The notes: generated by a model from the sequence alone, not told the origin. DNA of 64,000 nt from an uncultured Candidatus Saccharibacteria bacterium (GCA_964532205.1 CAZHGQ010000005.1:1520-65519), one strand, 5' to 3'; counted from the stretch's first letter, positions 7,370 to 16,499 are shown. Program-made: numbers and translations.

Positions 7370-10135
7370 ATGGAGCACGTGGCTTCGCATGCTGAACATT
7401 CTTTTACCAACCCTGATGAGGAGTTGGCCTATTTACGTGAACAGGTTGCTGTCCGGGAGCGCGAATTAGCCGCTCGTGGTGCGGAGGTTGTGAAGGATCA
7501 TGTCGTCTCTGACACGATTAAGGATTATAGTTATCGGCCAACAGGCAAAACACTTGATGCTGGCTTTGCTGAAAAGAAAACCGTTCTGGCTGAATTGGCT
7601 TTGAACTTGGCACCTGAGGCCCACGACACAAAAATTTCTGAACTAGCAGCAATGCTCACGGAAAAGGGTTTTAAAAATACCTTGGCAGTAGTGGAGGCCA
7701 TGAAAGATCCACATGTAGCCGATGACTTCCATCGTTTTTTGGTGCAGTTTGTGAAGAAGGGTCATGAAGTGCCGGGTCTGCCAATGAAGTCGGAAGTCTT
7801 TAGTGAACTTTCCATGACGCTGTATGAAGTTTCATTGCCGGCTGGTTCTGAGGCCGATAAACAAAAAGGTTTAAAGGAATTGGTTTCGGCCATGGAGCAG
7901 TTTTATGCCGGTATGTTGTCTTTGGGATCAGATAAGAGCGGTCGTTACTTTAGCTTGGAGATTGCCAACCCAAATCATAGCTCAGAATTTATCATTTATG
8001 TTTCCGTACCTGATGAGAAAAAAGATTTGTTCGAGAAGCAAATTCTTTCACTCTTTAGTAATGCCAAGATCAAAGAAGTTCCCGATGACTACAATATTTT
8101 TCATGAGGGTGGCACAACTGTTGGGGCGGTAGCACACTTGAAGAAACATCCGATTTTTCCAGTTAAAACATATGAGCAATTTGATCACGATCCATTTAAT
8201 GTTTTGGTCAATACATTTTCTAAGATCAAAAAAGATGGTGAGGGTGCAGCCGTGCAAGTGGTCTTTAGACCAAGTCAGCATGATTATTTAGACGAGTACA
8301 AAGTTAGTCTCAAAAAGATAAAGGAAGGGGAGTCGGTCGGTAAAGCCTTGCCAAAAACATTGACCAAAGAAATTCTTTCAAGCTTCGGTGAGTTTATTGT
8401 TGGCGTTAAAAAGAAAAAAGACGAAGAGAAAGACAAACCAAAGGTTATTGATGAAGCGGTCGTTAAGAATATTGAACATAAGATTTCGTCTCAGATTGCT
8501 GAGGTCAATATCCGTATTTTGGCTTCGGCGCCGGATGCTGGCGATGCTAACCGTATTCTCGACGACATTGCCTCAAGCTTCCATCAATTTGAAAACACAT
8601 CTGGCAATGGCATTGAATTCAAGCGACTTTCGGGTAGCAAGCTGGCAGCACTTGATCACGATTTTTCATATCGAGCCTTTACTAAAAGTGATTTGCTACC
8701 ATTATCATTTAAAGAATTAACCACCATCTTCCATTTTCCTGGCGCGACGGTAACGTCGTCACCTCAGCTCAAGCAGGCCAAGGCGGGTTCAGCTGCAGCG
8801 CCGCTCGATCTACCACAAGAGGGCACACTGCTTGGCGTGAACCGATTCCGCAACATTGAGACTAAAGTCTTTATGACCAAAGAAGATCGCTTGCGCCACT
8901 TCTACACAATAGGTCAGACCGGTACAGGTAAATCGACGCTGCTCAAAAATATGATCGCTCAGGACATCCTGCAGGGTGAGGGTGTATGCATGATCGATCC
9001 GCACGGCGTCGATATCTTGGATATTTTGGCTATGATCCCGAAAGAGCGTTACGAAGATGTGATTTACTTTGATCCGAGTTATACTGCCCGACCAATGGGT
9101 CTTAATATGCTCGAATATGATGCTCGCTATCCGGAGCAGAAGACATTCGTGGTTAACGAAATGCTCTCAATTTTCAATAAGTTGTTTGATATGAAGGTGG
9201 CTGGAGGGCCGATGTTTGAACAATATTTCCGAAATGCTGTGTTGCTGGCGATTGATGATCCGAATGATGGCGCGACATTGCTCGATATTTCCAAGATTTT
9301 GGCTAATAAGCCGTACCGCGAGCAGAAGTTGGCTAAATGTACCAATCCGATCGTGGTGCAGTTTTGGAAAGAAGTGGCCGACAAAGCCGGTGGTGAAGCG
9401 TCATTAGCCAACATCGTGCCGTACATCACCTCAAAGTTCGATGTCTTTTTGTCGAACGATATTATGCGACCAATTATTGCTCAGGAAAAATCCTCATTCA
9501 ATTTCCGCGAAGTCATGGATAATAAAAAGATTTTGCTGGTCAATTTGGCCAAGGGTCGTCTCGGAGATCTCAATGCCAACCTGATTGGTCTGATTTTGGT
9601 GGGTAAAATTTTGATGGCCGCGCTTTCGCGTGCTGACTCGATCGGCCAGGATTTACCACCGTTCTATTTGTATATTGATGAGTTCCAGAATGTCACTACA
9701 GATTCAATTGCCACAATTCTTTCCGAAGCACGTAAGTATAAATTGTCACTCAATGTGGCTCACCAATTTATCGCTCAGCTTGAAGAAAAGATTCGCGATG
9801 CGGTGTTTGGAAACGTAGGTTCATTGGCAGTCTTTAGGGTAGGGGCCGATGATGCTGAATACTTGGAAAAACAATTTTCACCTGTCTTTACTGCCAATGA
9901 CATAATTAATATTGAAAATCGTAATGCCTATGTGAAGATGCTCGTGCATGGGCGGCCGGCGGTGCCATTTAATATTGAGACATTGCCACCGCCGGCCGGC
10001 AAGAAAGAACACCTCGAGAAACTCAAAGAACTTTCATATTTAAAATTTGGTAAAGCGCGTTCACAGATTGAGTCGGTGATACATTCTAAATACAAAAAAG
10101 AGCCGCCAGTTGCTCCATTGACAAATACTAAATAA
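7370..10135 (+). CDS. 921-aa soluble P-loop NTPase; the C-terminal half is an FtsK/HerA / type-IV-coupling-protein (TraG/TraD/VirD4, AAA_10-like) ATPase; the N-terminal ~450 aa are unassigned
   Basis: Walker A is TIGQTGTGKSTLL and Walker B is FYLYIDEFQN. The downstream R-K-x5-L-x3-AHQ-x3-QL motif (RKYKLSLNVAHQFIAQL) is typical of conjugative VirD4/VirB4-type ATPases. No N-terminal TM helices are present. Confidence 0.6.
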   Translation: MEHVASHAEHSFTNPDEELAYLREQVAVRERELAARGAEVVKDHVVSDTIKDYSYRPTGKTLDAGFAEKKTVLAELALNLAPEAHDTKISELAAMLTEKGFKNTLAVVEAMKDPHVADDFHRFLVQFVKKGHEVPGLPMKSEVFSELSMTLYEVSLPAGSEADKQKGLKELVSAMEQFYAGMLSLGSDKSGRYFSLEIANPNHSSEFIIYVSVPDEKKDLFEKQILSLFSNAKIKEVPDDYNIFHEGGTTVGAVAHLKKHPIFPVKTYEQFDHDPFNVLVNTFSKIKKDGEGAAVQVVFRPSQHDYLDEYKVSLKKIKEGESVGKALPKTLTKEILSSFGEFIVGVKKKKDEEKDKPKVIDEAVVKNIEHKISSQIAEVNIRILASAPDAGDANRILDDIASSFHQFENTSGNGIEFKRLSGSKLAALDHDFSYRAFTKSDLLPLSFKELTTIFHFPGATVTSSPQLKQAKAGSAAAPLDLPQEGTLLGVNRFRNIETKVFMTKEDRLRHFYTIGQTGTGKSTLLKNMIAQDILQGEGVCMIDPHGVDILDILAMIPKERYEDVIYFDPSYTARPMGLNMLEYDARYPEQKTFVVNEMLSIFNKLFDMKVAGGPMFEQYFRNAVLLAIDDPNDGATLLDISKILANKPYREQKLAKCTNPIVVQFWKEVADKAGGEASLANIVPYITSKFDVFLSNDIMRPIIAQEKSSFNFREVMDNKKILLVNLAKGRLGDLNANLIGLILVGKILMAALSRADSIGQDLPPFYLYIDEFQNVTTDSIATILSEARKYKLSLNVAHQFIAQLEEKIRDAVFGNVGSLAVFRVGADDAEYLEKQFSPVFTANDIINIENRNAYVKMLVHGRPAVPFNIETLPPPAGKKEHLEKLKELSYLKFGKARSQIESVIHSKYKKEPPVAPLTNTK

Positions 10136-10174
10136 GTGCTATAATACTAGTGTTCTTTACAGAAAGGAGCAGAC

Positions 10175-10942
10175 GTGAAAAATCTGCTTGTTTGCTTGAT
10201 TTGTACCCTGCTTTGCAGCCAGGTATTGGCCGAGCAGAATGGAAACTTCCTGCTGGACTGCACGAAAACAAAGTCGGTCAGCGTTTCCACGGTGTACCGA
10301 TCCCAATATGTGCTTTCAAGTGGGGTTGTTTGCAAAGATGAAGGCGTCGTGCAAGCCGACCTCTTTGTTCAAATGAAGTCTGGTTTGACACTTGATTTGT
10401 GGGCTTCAGCGCCCATCGATGTCTCAGACTTCAACAAGGACTTCGGCACTGAACTCGACGGCACTGTTGGGTATACCAACAAGTTCGGCGACTATTGCAC
10501 CAGCTTTGGTCTGTCATTTTATGATATGAAAAAGGTTGGTACATTGTCCGGATCGGATTTGTTCTGCGCATACCTGGAAGTCTCCCGGGATTTCCTGGTA
10601 CGGCCGGATATCACCATCACGCCTTATCTGCGGTTGGAACTTGATTTCACCACAGATGGCACAGTCGGCAGCGATTTGTTGCCACAACTCGGTTCACGAG
10701 TGGCGTGGCACGCAAATGATCGTTTGACTGTGGTTGGCAAAGGCTATCTTCTCTATGATCCAGGTATGTTCGGTGCTGACACCGCGCTTATCGGGGGTGT
10801 TGAGGGGAAGCTGTGCTGGAAGCTCGCTGAACACGTATCGCTCGAGCTACCGTATCTGCGGGTTGTCGCGCCCTTGACTGATGTCTCAGACAATCGGGAT
10901 ACCGAGTTTGTCTGGGGCATAGGACTAACGTTTAGTTTCTAG
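10175..10942 (+). CDS. secreted beta-rich protein with an outer-membrane-protein-like C-terminus (ends ...VWGIGLTFSF)
   Basis: GTG start with RBS AAAGGAG and a signal peptide MKNLLVCLICTLLCSQVLA. The C-terminal aromatic Phe matches the beta-barrel OMP signature. The gene looks noticeably GC-richer than its flanks. Confidence 0.45.
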   Translation: MKNLLVCLICTLLCSQVLAEQNGNFLLDCTKTKSVSVSTVYRSQYVLSSGVVCKDEGVVQADLFVQMKSGLTLDLWASAPIDVSDFNKDFGTELDGTVGYTNKFGDYCTSFGLSFYDMKKVGTLSGSDLFCAYLEVSRDFLVRPDITITPYLRLELDFTTDGTVGSDLLPQLGSRVAWHANDRLTVVGKGYLLYDPGMFGADTALIGGVEGKLCWKLAEHVSLELPYLRVVAPLTDVSDNRDTEFVWGIGLTFSF

Positions 10943-11023
10943 ATCTTTTTACGAAGAGCGAATCGCTGTGCGATTCGCTCTTTTTTGTTTGCCAAAAATT
11001 TCTTGAAGGAGTACAGTGTGCTC

Positions 11024-11632
11024 ATGAAAACTCATGCAAAGACGGAACGTACACTCGTTATTATTAAACCCGACGGCATTCAGCGCTCGCTGATTGGCGA
11101 AATTATTAAGCGGTACGAACGGGCCGGTCTTAAATTGGCAGCCATGAAAATGGTGGTGCCAACCGGCGCTCAAGTGGTCAAACACTACACACTCGACCCA
11201 CAATGGCGTCGGGTAACAGGTGAGAAGACCATTAAAGGTTATTTGGATAAAGGTTTGACTCCACCAGTCAAAGATCCGCTTGAAGTTACGCGCATTTTAT
11301 TGGAAAAACTTCAAAGATATATGACTTCCGGTCCGGTCTTGGTCATGATTTGGCAGGGTGCCCATGCAGTTAAGATTGTTCGGAAGCTCACAGGTGGTAC
11401 GGAGCCGCTGATGAGCGATGTTGGTACGATCCGCGGCGACTACGTGCTCGATTCATATGAAATGTCAGATAGCGACGGTCGCTCAATTCGAAATTTGGTC
11501 CATGCTTCTGGCTCGGTCAAGGAAGCTGAGCAGGAAATCAAACACTGGTTCAAAAAAGGTGAAATTTACAACTACAGACTTGTTCAAGAACAGATTTTGT
11601 ACGATGTAAATATAGACGGCATTTTTGAGTAA
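11024..11632 (+). CDS. ndk: nucleoside diphosphate kinase with a C-terminal extension
   Basis: MKTHAKTERTLVIIKPDGIQRSLIGEIIKRYERAGLKLAAMKM and NLVHASGS are NDK motifs. At ~200 aa it is longer than the usual ~140 aa. Confidence 0.8.
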   Translation: MKTHAKTERTLVIIKPDGIQRSLIGEIIKRYERAGLKLAAMKMVVPTGAQVVKHYTLDPQWRRVTGEKTIKGYLDKGLTPPVKDPLEVTRILLEKLQRYMTSGPVLVMIWQGAHAVKIVRKLTGGTEPLMSDVGTIRGDYVLDSYEMSDSDGRSIRNLVHASGSVKEAEQEIKHWFKKGEIYNYRLVQEQILYDVNIDGIFE

Positions 11633-11842
11633 CTTATAATGATAGTAGGTCTCCTGTAATATTCCTTTAGATTAAAGGTATATTCAGGGAGTTCAACATC
11701 GAACGATTCCAATGCGAAGCGACGCACGTCAATTTACAGACGAATTGTTTCTGAGGGCACCCACCTAGCTTAAAACTAGGGAGAATATTCGGGGGACCAC
11801 TAAAGAACAGCCATCAGGCTGTTTTTTAGTTATAATAAATGT

Positions 11843-12226
11843 ATGAACGTCCGAACATCACTGTATGCTACACTCTTTTTGCTACTCATCGTGGCAATTT
11901 TGCATATCAGCGGTATTCGATTTTATTTTTATTGGCGTATTGGCTGGTATGATAAAGTCGTTCATGTGTTAGCTGGAGCAGCCGTAGTATTTTTTATGTA
12001 CTATGTTATTCGGTCGCTCGATATTTTTCCTCGCTCATATACGCTAGTATTGGCAATGATTGCGGCAATATTGATCGGTATTGGCTGGGAAATTTTCGAA
12101 ATCCAGAGCGGCTACACATCAGTACACAAGCTTGGTTATGCGTTTAGCACAATGGCTGATTTGTTATCTGATGTGATCGGTGGCACGGTGGCAGTTTTAT
12201 ACATTTTACAAAAACAACTTTCATGA
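11843..12226 (+). CDS. small integral membrane protein (4 predicted TM), unknown function
   Basis: The 127-aa hydrophobic ORF is followed by the next gene with an ATGA overlap. Confidence 0.45.
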   Translation: MNVRTSLYATLFLLLIVAILHISGIRFYFYWRIGWYDKVVHVLAGAAVVFFMYYVIRSLDIFPRSYTLVLAMIAAILIGIGWEIFEIQSGYTSVHKLGYAFSTMADLLSDVIGGTVAVLYILQKQLS

Positions 12227-13584
12227 AAGGTACCTTAACATTTGCTGGGGGAACGGGCACTGTGACTGGTGCTAATTTTTTGCTCGAAGTTCTCGATAAA
12301 AAGATTTTGATTGATTGTGGTATGGAGCAAGGCTCTGATTTTGCTGATGCCTCAAACCGCGAGGCGTTTCCGTATGAACCGAGTGAGATAGACATGCTGC
12401 TTGTGACTCATGCTCACATCGACCATATCGGCCGGATCCCAAAGCTTGTTAAAGAAGGTTTTAAGGGTGTGATTTACTCAAGTCCAGCCACATATGATTT
12501 ATCTAAATTGATGTTGCCTGACGCTGCGCGCTTACTCGAAGATGATGCACGACGCAAAGGGGTATTGCCGCTGTATGAACAAGCTGATGTCGCACCAGTA
12601 TTTACCAATTGGAAAACTATAAACTACTACGAAAATTTTGAATTGGCACCGGGCATTTCAGTATATCTGAAAGACTCAGGTCATATTCTAGGTGCGGTGA
12701 TGTATGAAATTACTATCAATGGCAGCAAGATTGTTTTCACAGGTGATTTGGGTAATTCGCCATCATTGTTTTTGCGTGATACCGATAAAATCACCGATGC
12801 CAAGTATATGGTTATGGAATCTGTCTATGGTGATCGTAACCATGAGTCAAAAGAGGTGCGTCAACAAAAGCTATCTGATGCTATTTTGGATACTATCAAG
12901 CGCAATCGCACGTTGATTATCCCAGCCTTTTCACTTGAGCGAACCCAGGATATTTTGTTTGAAATCAATGAATTGGTAGAGCGACAGCATATGCCGCATG
13001 TGCGGGTATTTATCGATTCGCCACTCGCGACGAACGTGACCGAAGTCTACCGACGATACACAAAAGATTTCAACGACCGTGCGCACCAACTCATCGCGAG
13101 CGGCGACGACATCTTCGATTTCAAAAAACTTAAATTCACCATGCAAAAGCATGAGTCCGATCGTATTGATCACCTCGATAATCCAAAAATTATTATGGCT
13201 GGCTCAGGCATGTCCAACGGTGGTCGTATTGTGAAGCATGAAAAATATTTTTTGCCCGATCCAAATGCTACATTGCTCTTGGTGGGTTACCAGTCTCTCG
13301 GTACACTGGGCCGACAGATTCAAGATGGCGCCAAGACCGTTATGATTGAGGGGGAGAAGGTCAAAATCAATGCCGAAGTTCGTACGATTTTGGGCTACTC
13401 GTCACATAAAGACTCTGAACACTTACTTGAATTTGCTGCCGACACCGCTGAATCAATCAAAACAATTTTCGTGGCCATGGGTGAACCAAAATCTGGATTG
13501 TTTCTGGTGCAACGACTCCGTGACTACTTAGGAGTTAATGCCACGTTTCCAAAGAAAGGGGATACAATCGAACTCGAGTTTTAA
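12223..13584 (+). CDS. MBL-fold beta-CASP RNA-metabolising hydrolase (RNase J-like)
   Basis: The HAHIDHIGRIP (HxHxDH) metallo-beta-lactamase motif with beta-CASP-type C-terminal motifs; 453 aa. Confidence 0.7.
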   Translation: MKGTLTFAGGTGTVTGANFLLEVLDKKILIDCGMEQGSDFADASNREAFPYEPSEIDMLLVTHAHIDHIGRIPKLVKEGFKGVIYSSPATYDLSKLMLPDAARLLEDDARRKGVLPLYEQADVAPVFTNWKTINYYENFELAPGISVYLKDSGHILGAVMYEITINGSKIVFTGDLGNSPSLFLRDTDKITDAKYMVMESVYGDRNHESKEVRQQKLSDAILDTIKRNRTLIIPAFSLERTQDILFEINELVERQHMPHVRVFIDSPLATNVTEVYRRYTKDFNDRAHQLIASGDDIFDFKKLKFTMQKHESDRIDHLDNPKIIMAGSGMSNGGRIVKHEKYFLPDPNATLLLVGYQSLGTLGRQIQDGAKTVMIEGEKVKINAEVRTILGYSSHKDSEHLLEFAADTAESIKTIFVAMGEPKSGLFLVQRLRDYLGVNATFPKKGDTIELEF

Positions 13585-13588
13585 AATA

Positions 13589-13616
13589 AAAAAACCGCCG
13601 AAGCGGTTTTTTTATT
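13589..13616. terminator. bidirectional rho-independent terminator between the RNase J-like gene and rplT
   Basis: AAAAAACCGCCGAAGCGGTTTTTTT, flanked by A-run and T-run. Confidence 0.8.
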
Positions 13617-13956
13617 TTGCTGAAGCAATGATTCGCTTGAAGCTTTCTGGGTTCTGAGCGGCGATCTGAGAGAGAACTTTACGATCGAGTGTGCTCTTTA
13701 CCTTTTTCAAATTACCAATGAATTTGCTGTATGAAACACCTTCTTTTTCCAAAGCGGCATTGATGCGAACATTCCAAACTCGGCGAGCCTCACCCTTCTT
13801 GTCGCGTCGGTGTGCGAAGGCGTAAGTACCGGCGTGTGAGATGGCTTCGTAAGCCTGTCGTTCCTTGGTACCACGACCAAAACGGTAGCCCTTAACCATT
13901 TTAAGGACATTGCGTCGTGTTTTTAATGCATTAACTCCTTTTTTTACTCGTGCCAT
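13612..13956 (-). CDS. rplT: 50S ribosomal protein L20
   Basis: MARVKKGVNALKTRRNVLKMVKGYRFGRGTKERQAYEAISHAGTYAFAHRR is L20-like. Confidence 0.9.
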   Translation of the reverse strand: MARVKKGVNALKTRRNVLKMVKGYRFGRGTKERQAYEAISHAGTYAFAHRRDKKGEARRVWNVRINAALEKEGVSYSKFIGNLKKVKSTLDRKVLSQIAAQNPESFKRIIASAK

Positions 13957-13967
13957 ATTATGTTTAA

Positions 13968-14159
13968 TTAAATTGAACTGGTTGCCAAGAATCGAGACTT
14001 AGCCTTGTTTTTCATGATCATGATCATGGTGCGATTGCGCTTCAACTGTGAACGACCACCTTCCTTGGCGTTGAAGTGATTTTGGCCTGCTTTACGCATA
14101 ACCAACTTTCCATTTTTAGTGACTTTGAGTCGCTTTGTGTATGATTTGTTTGTTTTCAT
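13968..14159 (-). CDS. rpmI: 50S ribosomal protein L35
   Basis: MKTNKSYTKRLKVTKNGKLVMRKAGQNHF is L35-like; the gene lies between infC and rplT. Confidence 0.85.
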   Translation of the reverse strand: MKTNKSYTKRLKVTKNGKLVMRKAGQNHFNAKEGGRSQLKRNRTMIMIMKNKAKSRFLATSSI

Positions 14160-14163
14160 TGTT

Positions 14164-14697
14164 TTAGGCTTTCTCGATTACTACGGTGAGGCCTTTCGGA
14201 CTCTTTTTAGGAGAATCGGCAATTCGATACTCTTCGCTGATGAGGTGGAGGATTCGCTCCATGCGCTCTTTTAAGAAGTTGAAGTCCATGTACTTTGATC
14301 GGCCGGTCAAGAATAATTCAATCTTGATGCGATGACCTTCTTTGAGCCATTCTGAAGCCTTTTTAGCTTTGAGGTTCAAATCGTGGTCACCAGTACCAAT
14401 TTTCACCTGAACGTTCTTGGTTTCGGTGGTCTTGGACTTGGCTTTGGCCGCCTTCAATTTCTTATTTTCAGTGTACTGAAATTTACCATAATCCATCAGT
14501 TTTGCAATGGGCGGAACGGCATTGGGTGAGATCTCAATGAGGTCAACACCGGCCGCATGAGCCTGCTGCAAGGCTTCGGTAAGGCTTAAAATACCAAGAT
14601 TTTCGCCATTTTCACCGATAACTCGCAATTCGCGAGCCTGGATCTGCTGATTTATACGTGTACGTTGAGTATTCAGAGTATGCGTGATTAATTGATA
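14164..14697 (-). CDS. infC: translation initiation factor IF-3 (5' end / start codon uncertain, probably non-AUG)
   Basis: The track ORF starts at a TTG (14628). The same frame stays open upstream as ...TQRTRINQQIQARELRVIGENGE, matching the IF3 N-terminus (RINGEIRAQEVRL in E. coli), back to a stop at 14704-14706. Candidate starts are ATT (14697), ATC (14688) and ATA (14655). Confidence 0.75.
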   Translation of the reverse strand, partial: YQLITHTLNTQRTRINQQIQARELRVIGENGENLGILSLTEALQQAHAAGVDLIEISPNAVPPIAKLMDYGKFQYTENKKLKAAKAKSKTTETKNVQVKIGTGDHDLNLKAKKASEWLKEGHRIKIELFLTGRSKYMDFNFLKERMERILHLISEEYRIADSPKKSPKGLTVVIEKA

Positions 14698-14753
14698 ATA
14701 TGGCTAGAAATATAGCACATTTTAGAATAGCTGGCAATAGAGAAACGAGGGAA

Positions 14754-16460
14754 TTATGAGCCGAATTTAATAGGCAGTTTATTGAGGACTTCAGGGCTAA
14801 GTAGAGCGGTCAGGAGCGTGGTGACAATGAGCCAAGCTGAAAGAAGGATAACAAAGCCAATGAGAACCATTTTGAACACATACTTGGCTCGAGTGGTTTT
14901 TGCAACATCACCAGCCGAGGTGAGATAGAGCCAGCCCGCGTAGGCAAATGATACTGCTGCTAGGGGAGCGGCGATAATGAAGAAGGCGTTGATAACATTT
15001 TTAACCAATCTAATGAAGGCATTGAAATCACAATCTGAAGCACCGTTACATGGAATTAGGCCACCGGCACCATGAGGGGTGATTGTTGGAGTTGGAGGTT
15101 GAGTGTAGCCACCCGATGAACCAGATGGCGTGCCTGTATACTGGTCGATAAAATCTTCTTTACACTGAGTGACATTTGTTGAGTCCTTACAATTTTCGGT
15201 TGCAATTACATCAACACAACTTGAAGGGTCGCTAGCATCAATACACATCATTAGAGGACCAGTATATTCACCTTGATTGATATCTGTGCGGTCGGTGCCC
15301 GTCGCATTGCTGTTGTCATCGCCGATGCCGCCACCTGTATAATCACCAATATCAATATCGCCGCCGCTACCACCGTCGTCGGTTGGATTGCCACCTCCAC
15401 CAGAATTACCACCAGTACCACCAGTCGAACCACCAGAATTACCACCATCGCCGCTGACACCACCACCCGCACCACCAGTAATTTTTTTGTATGTTGAATA
15501 GAAGGGTTCGTTAGCACTTGAGCCATCAGCTGTTCGTAAACCTGCTGGGCCGGCCATTGAATCTGGTCGGTATTTGCTTGGGTAATACCAAATACCCTGG
15601 ACGTAATTTTTTATACCATTATAGGCAATCGGCAATTGAGCCGCCCACTTTGCTTTATCGAAACTAAAATCGGTTTTATCTTTTCGATAGTGAACATTCC
15701 ACTCAGTCAGGAACATTGGTTTTGTGGAGCCAATGTTAGCGCGAGCTTGCTTGATGCGACTAATTTGTTGTTCGGCTGAATTTTCACCTGAGCCACCATA
15801 CGGGTGGAAACCGATAATATCAGCATATGAAGTTAGACCAGGTGTTTTCAAAGCATTGGCATCCCAAGAAACAGAACCACTAATAGTGATTTCACCAAGG
15901 GGGTGGAGGGCATCCCAGGCACCTTTTTGTAGAATATCAACATACTGTTTCATGGAGCCGCTCCAGTATGTACAGAGATTCGGTTCGTTGCCGATTTCCC
16001 AATAGTCAACTGCGCCATTTGCAGCTGCCGCAGCCTTTTTGAAATAATTATAGACTTGGTTGTAATTTGGGATTGGTACGGATTTTACACAACTACCATT
16101 AACTTTTTTGTTTTCAGTTGGTGTGAATACGACAACTGTTTTAATGCCTTCTGCCTGGAGTTTGCGCATATTACTGAATTCCGAAGAGGAAGGGGGATTA
16201 TCCCAATCACGAACCTCTTTCCAAATACGAGCACTGGTTAGGTTGAGACCTTTCAAAAACGAAGTGCTTATTGTTTCACTGGCCGTGACACCAAAAATGA
16301 AACCACCGGGTACCAAGGCAGACGCGGCAGTCTGGTTTATTGATTGCGATTTGGCGGTTTGTTGAAGATTTGAATTATTAAAATATAAAAAAAGTGTTGA
16401 GGCGAAGGTGATAACAACGAGAAAACCACCTAATGCATTCGCCAGAGAATGTTTATTCAT
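14754..16460 (-). CDS. secreted clan GH-A (GH5-like) glycoside hydrolase with a Gly-rich linker, a Cys-rich module and a C-terminal two-helix membrane anchor
   Basis: N-terminal TM/signal. It has the YWEIGNEPN (acid/base NEP) and FLTEWN (nucleophile TE) motifs. The linker reads GGAGGGVSGDGGNSGGSTGGTGGNSGGGG. The C-terminus AAPLAAVSFAYAGWLYL...MVLIGFVILLSAWLIV is a helix-loop-helix hydrophobic pair. Confidence 0.55.
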   Translation of the reverse strand: MNKHSLANALGGFLVVITFASTLFLYFNNSNLQQTAKSQSINQTAASALVPGGFIFGVTASETISTSFLKGLNLTSARIWKEVRDWDNPPSSSEFSNMRKLQAEGIKTVVVFTPTENKKVNGSCVKSVPIPNYNQVYNYFKKAAAAANGAVDYWEIGNEPNLCTYWSGSMKQYVDILQKGAWDALHPLGEITISGSVSWDANALKTPGLTSYADIIGFHPYGGSGENSAEQQISRIKQARANIGSTKPMFLTEWNVHYRKDKTDFSFDKAKWAAQLPIAYNGIKNYVQGIWYYPSKYRPDSMAGPAGLRTADGSSANEPFYSTYKKITGGAGGGVSGDGGNSGGSTGGTGGNSGGGGNPTDDGGSGGDIDIGDYTGGGIGDDNSNATGTDRTDINQGEYTGPLMMCIDASDPSSCVDVIATENCKDSTNVTQCKEDFIDQYTGTPSGSSGGYTQPPTPTITPHGAGGLIPCNGASDCDFNAFIRLVKNVINAFFIIAAPLAAVSFAYAGWLYLTSAGDVAKTTRAKYVFKMVLIGFVILLSAWLIVTTLLTALLSPEVLNKLPIKFGS

Positions 16461-16499
16461 GTGTACAGTATATCACTGGGTGTGGTGTATAATATCCAC

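Noticed and set aside
15251-15526. Val/Thr/Ala-rich ORFs on both strands inside the GH gene linker
   Set aside because: They are produced by the GGT/ACC-rich Gly-linker coding repeats and have no independent start signals.
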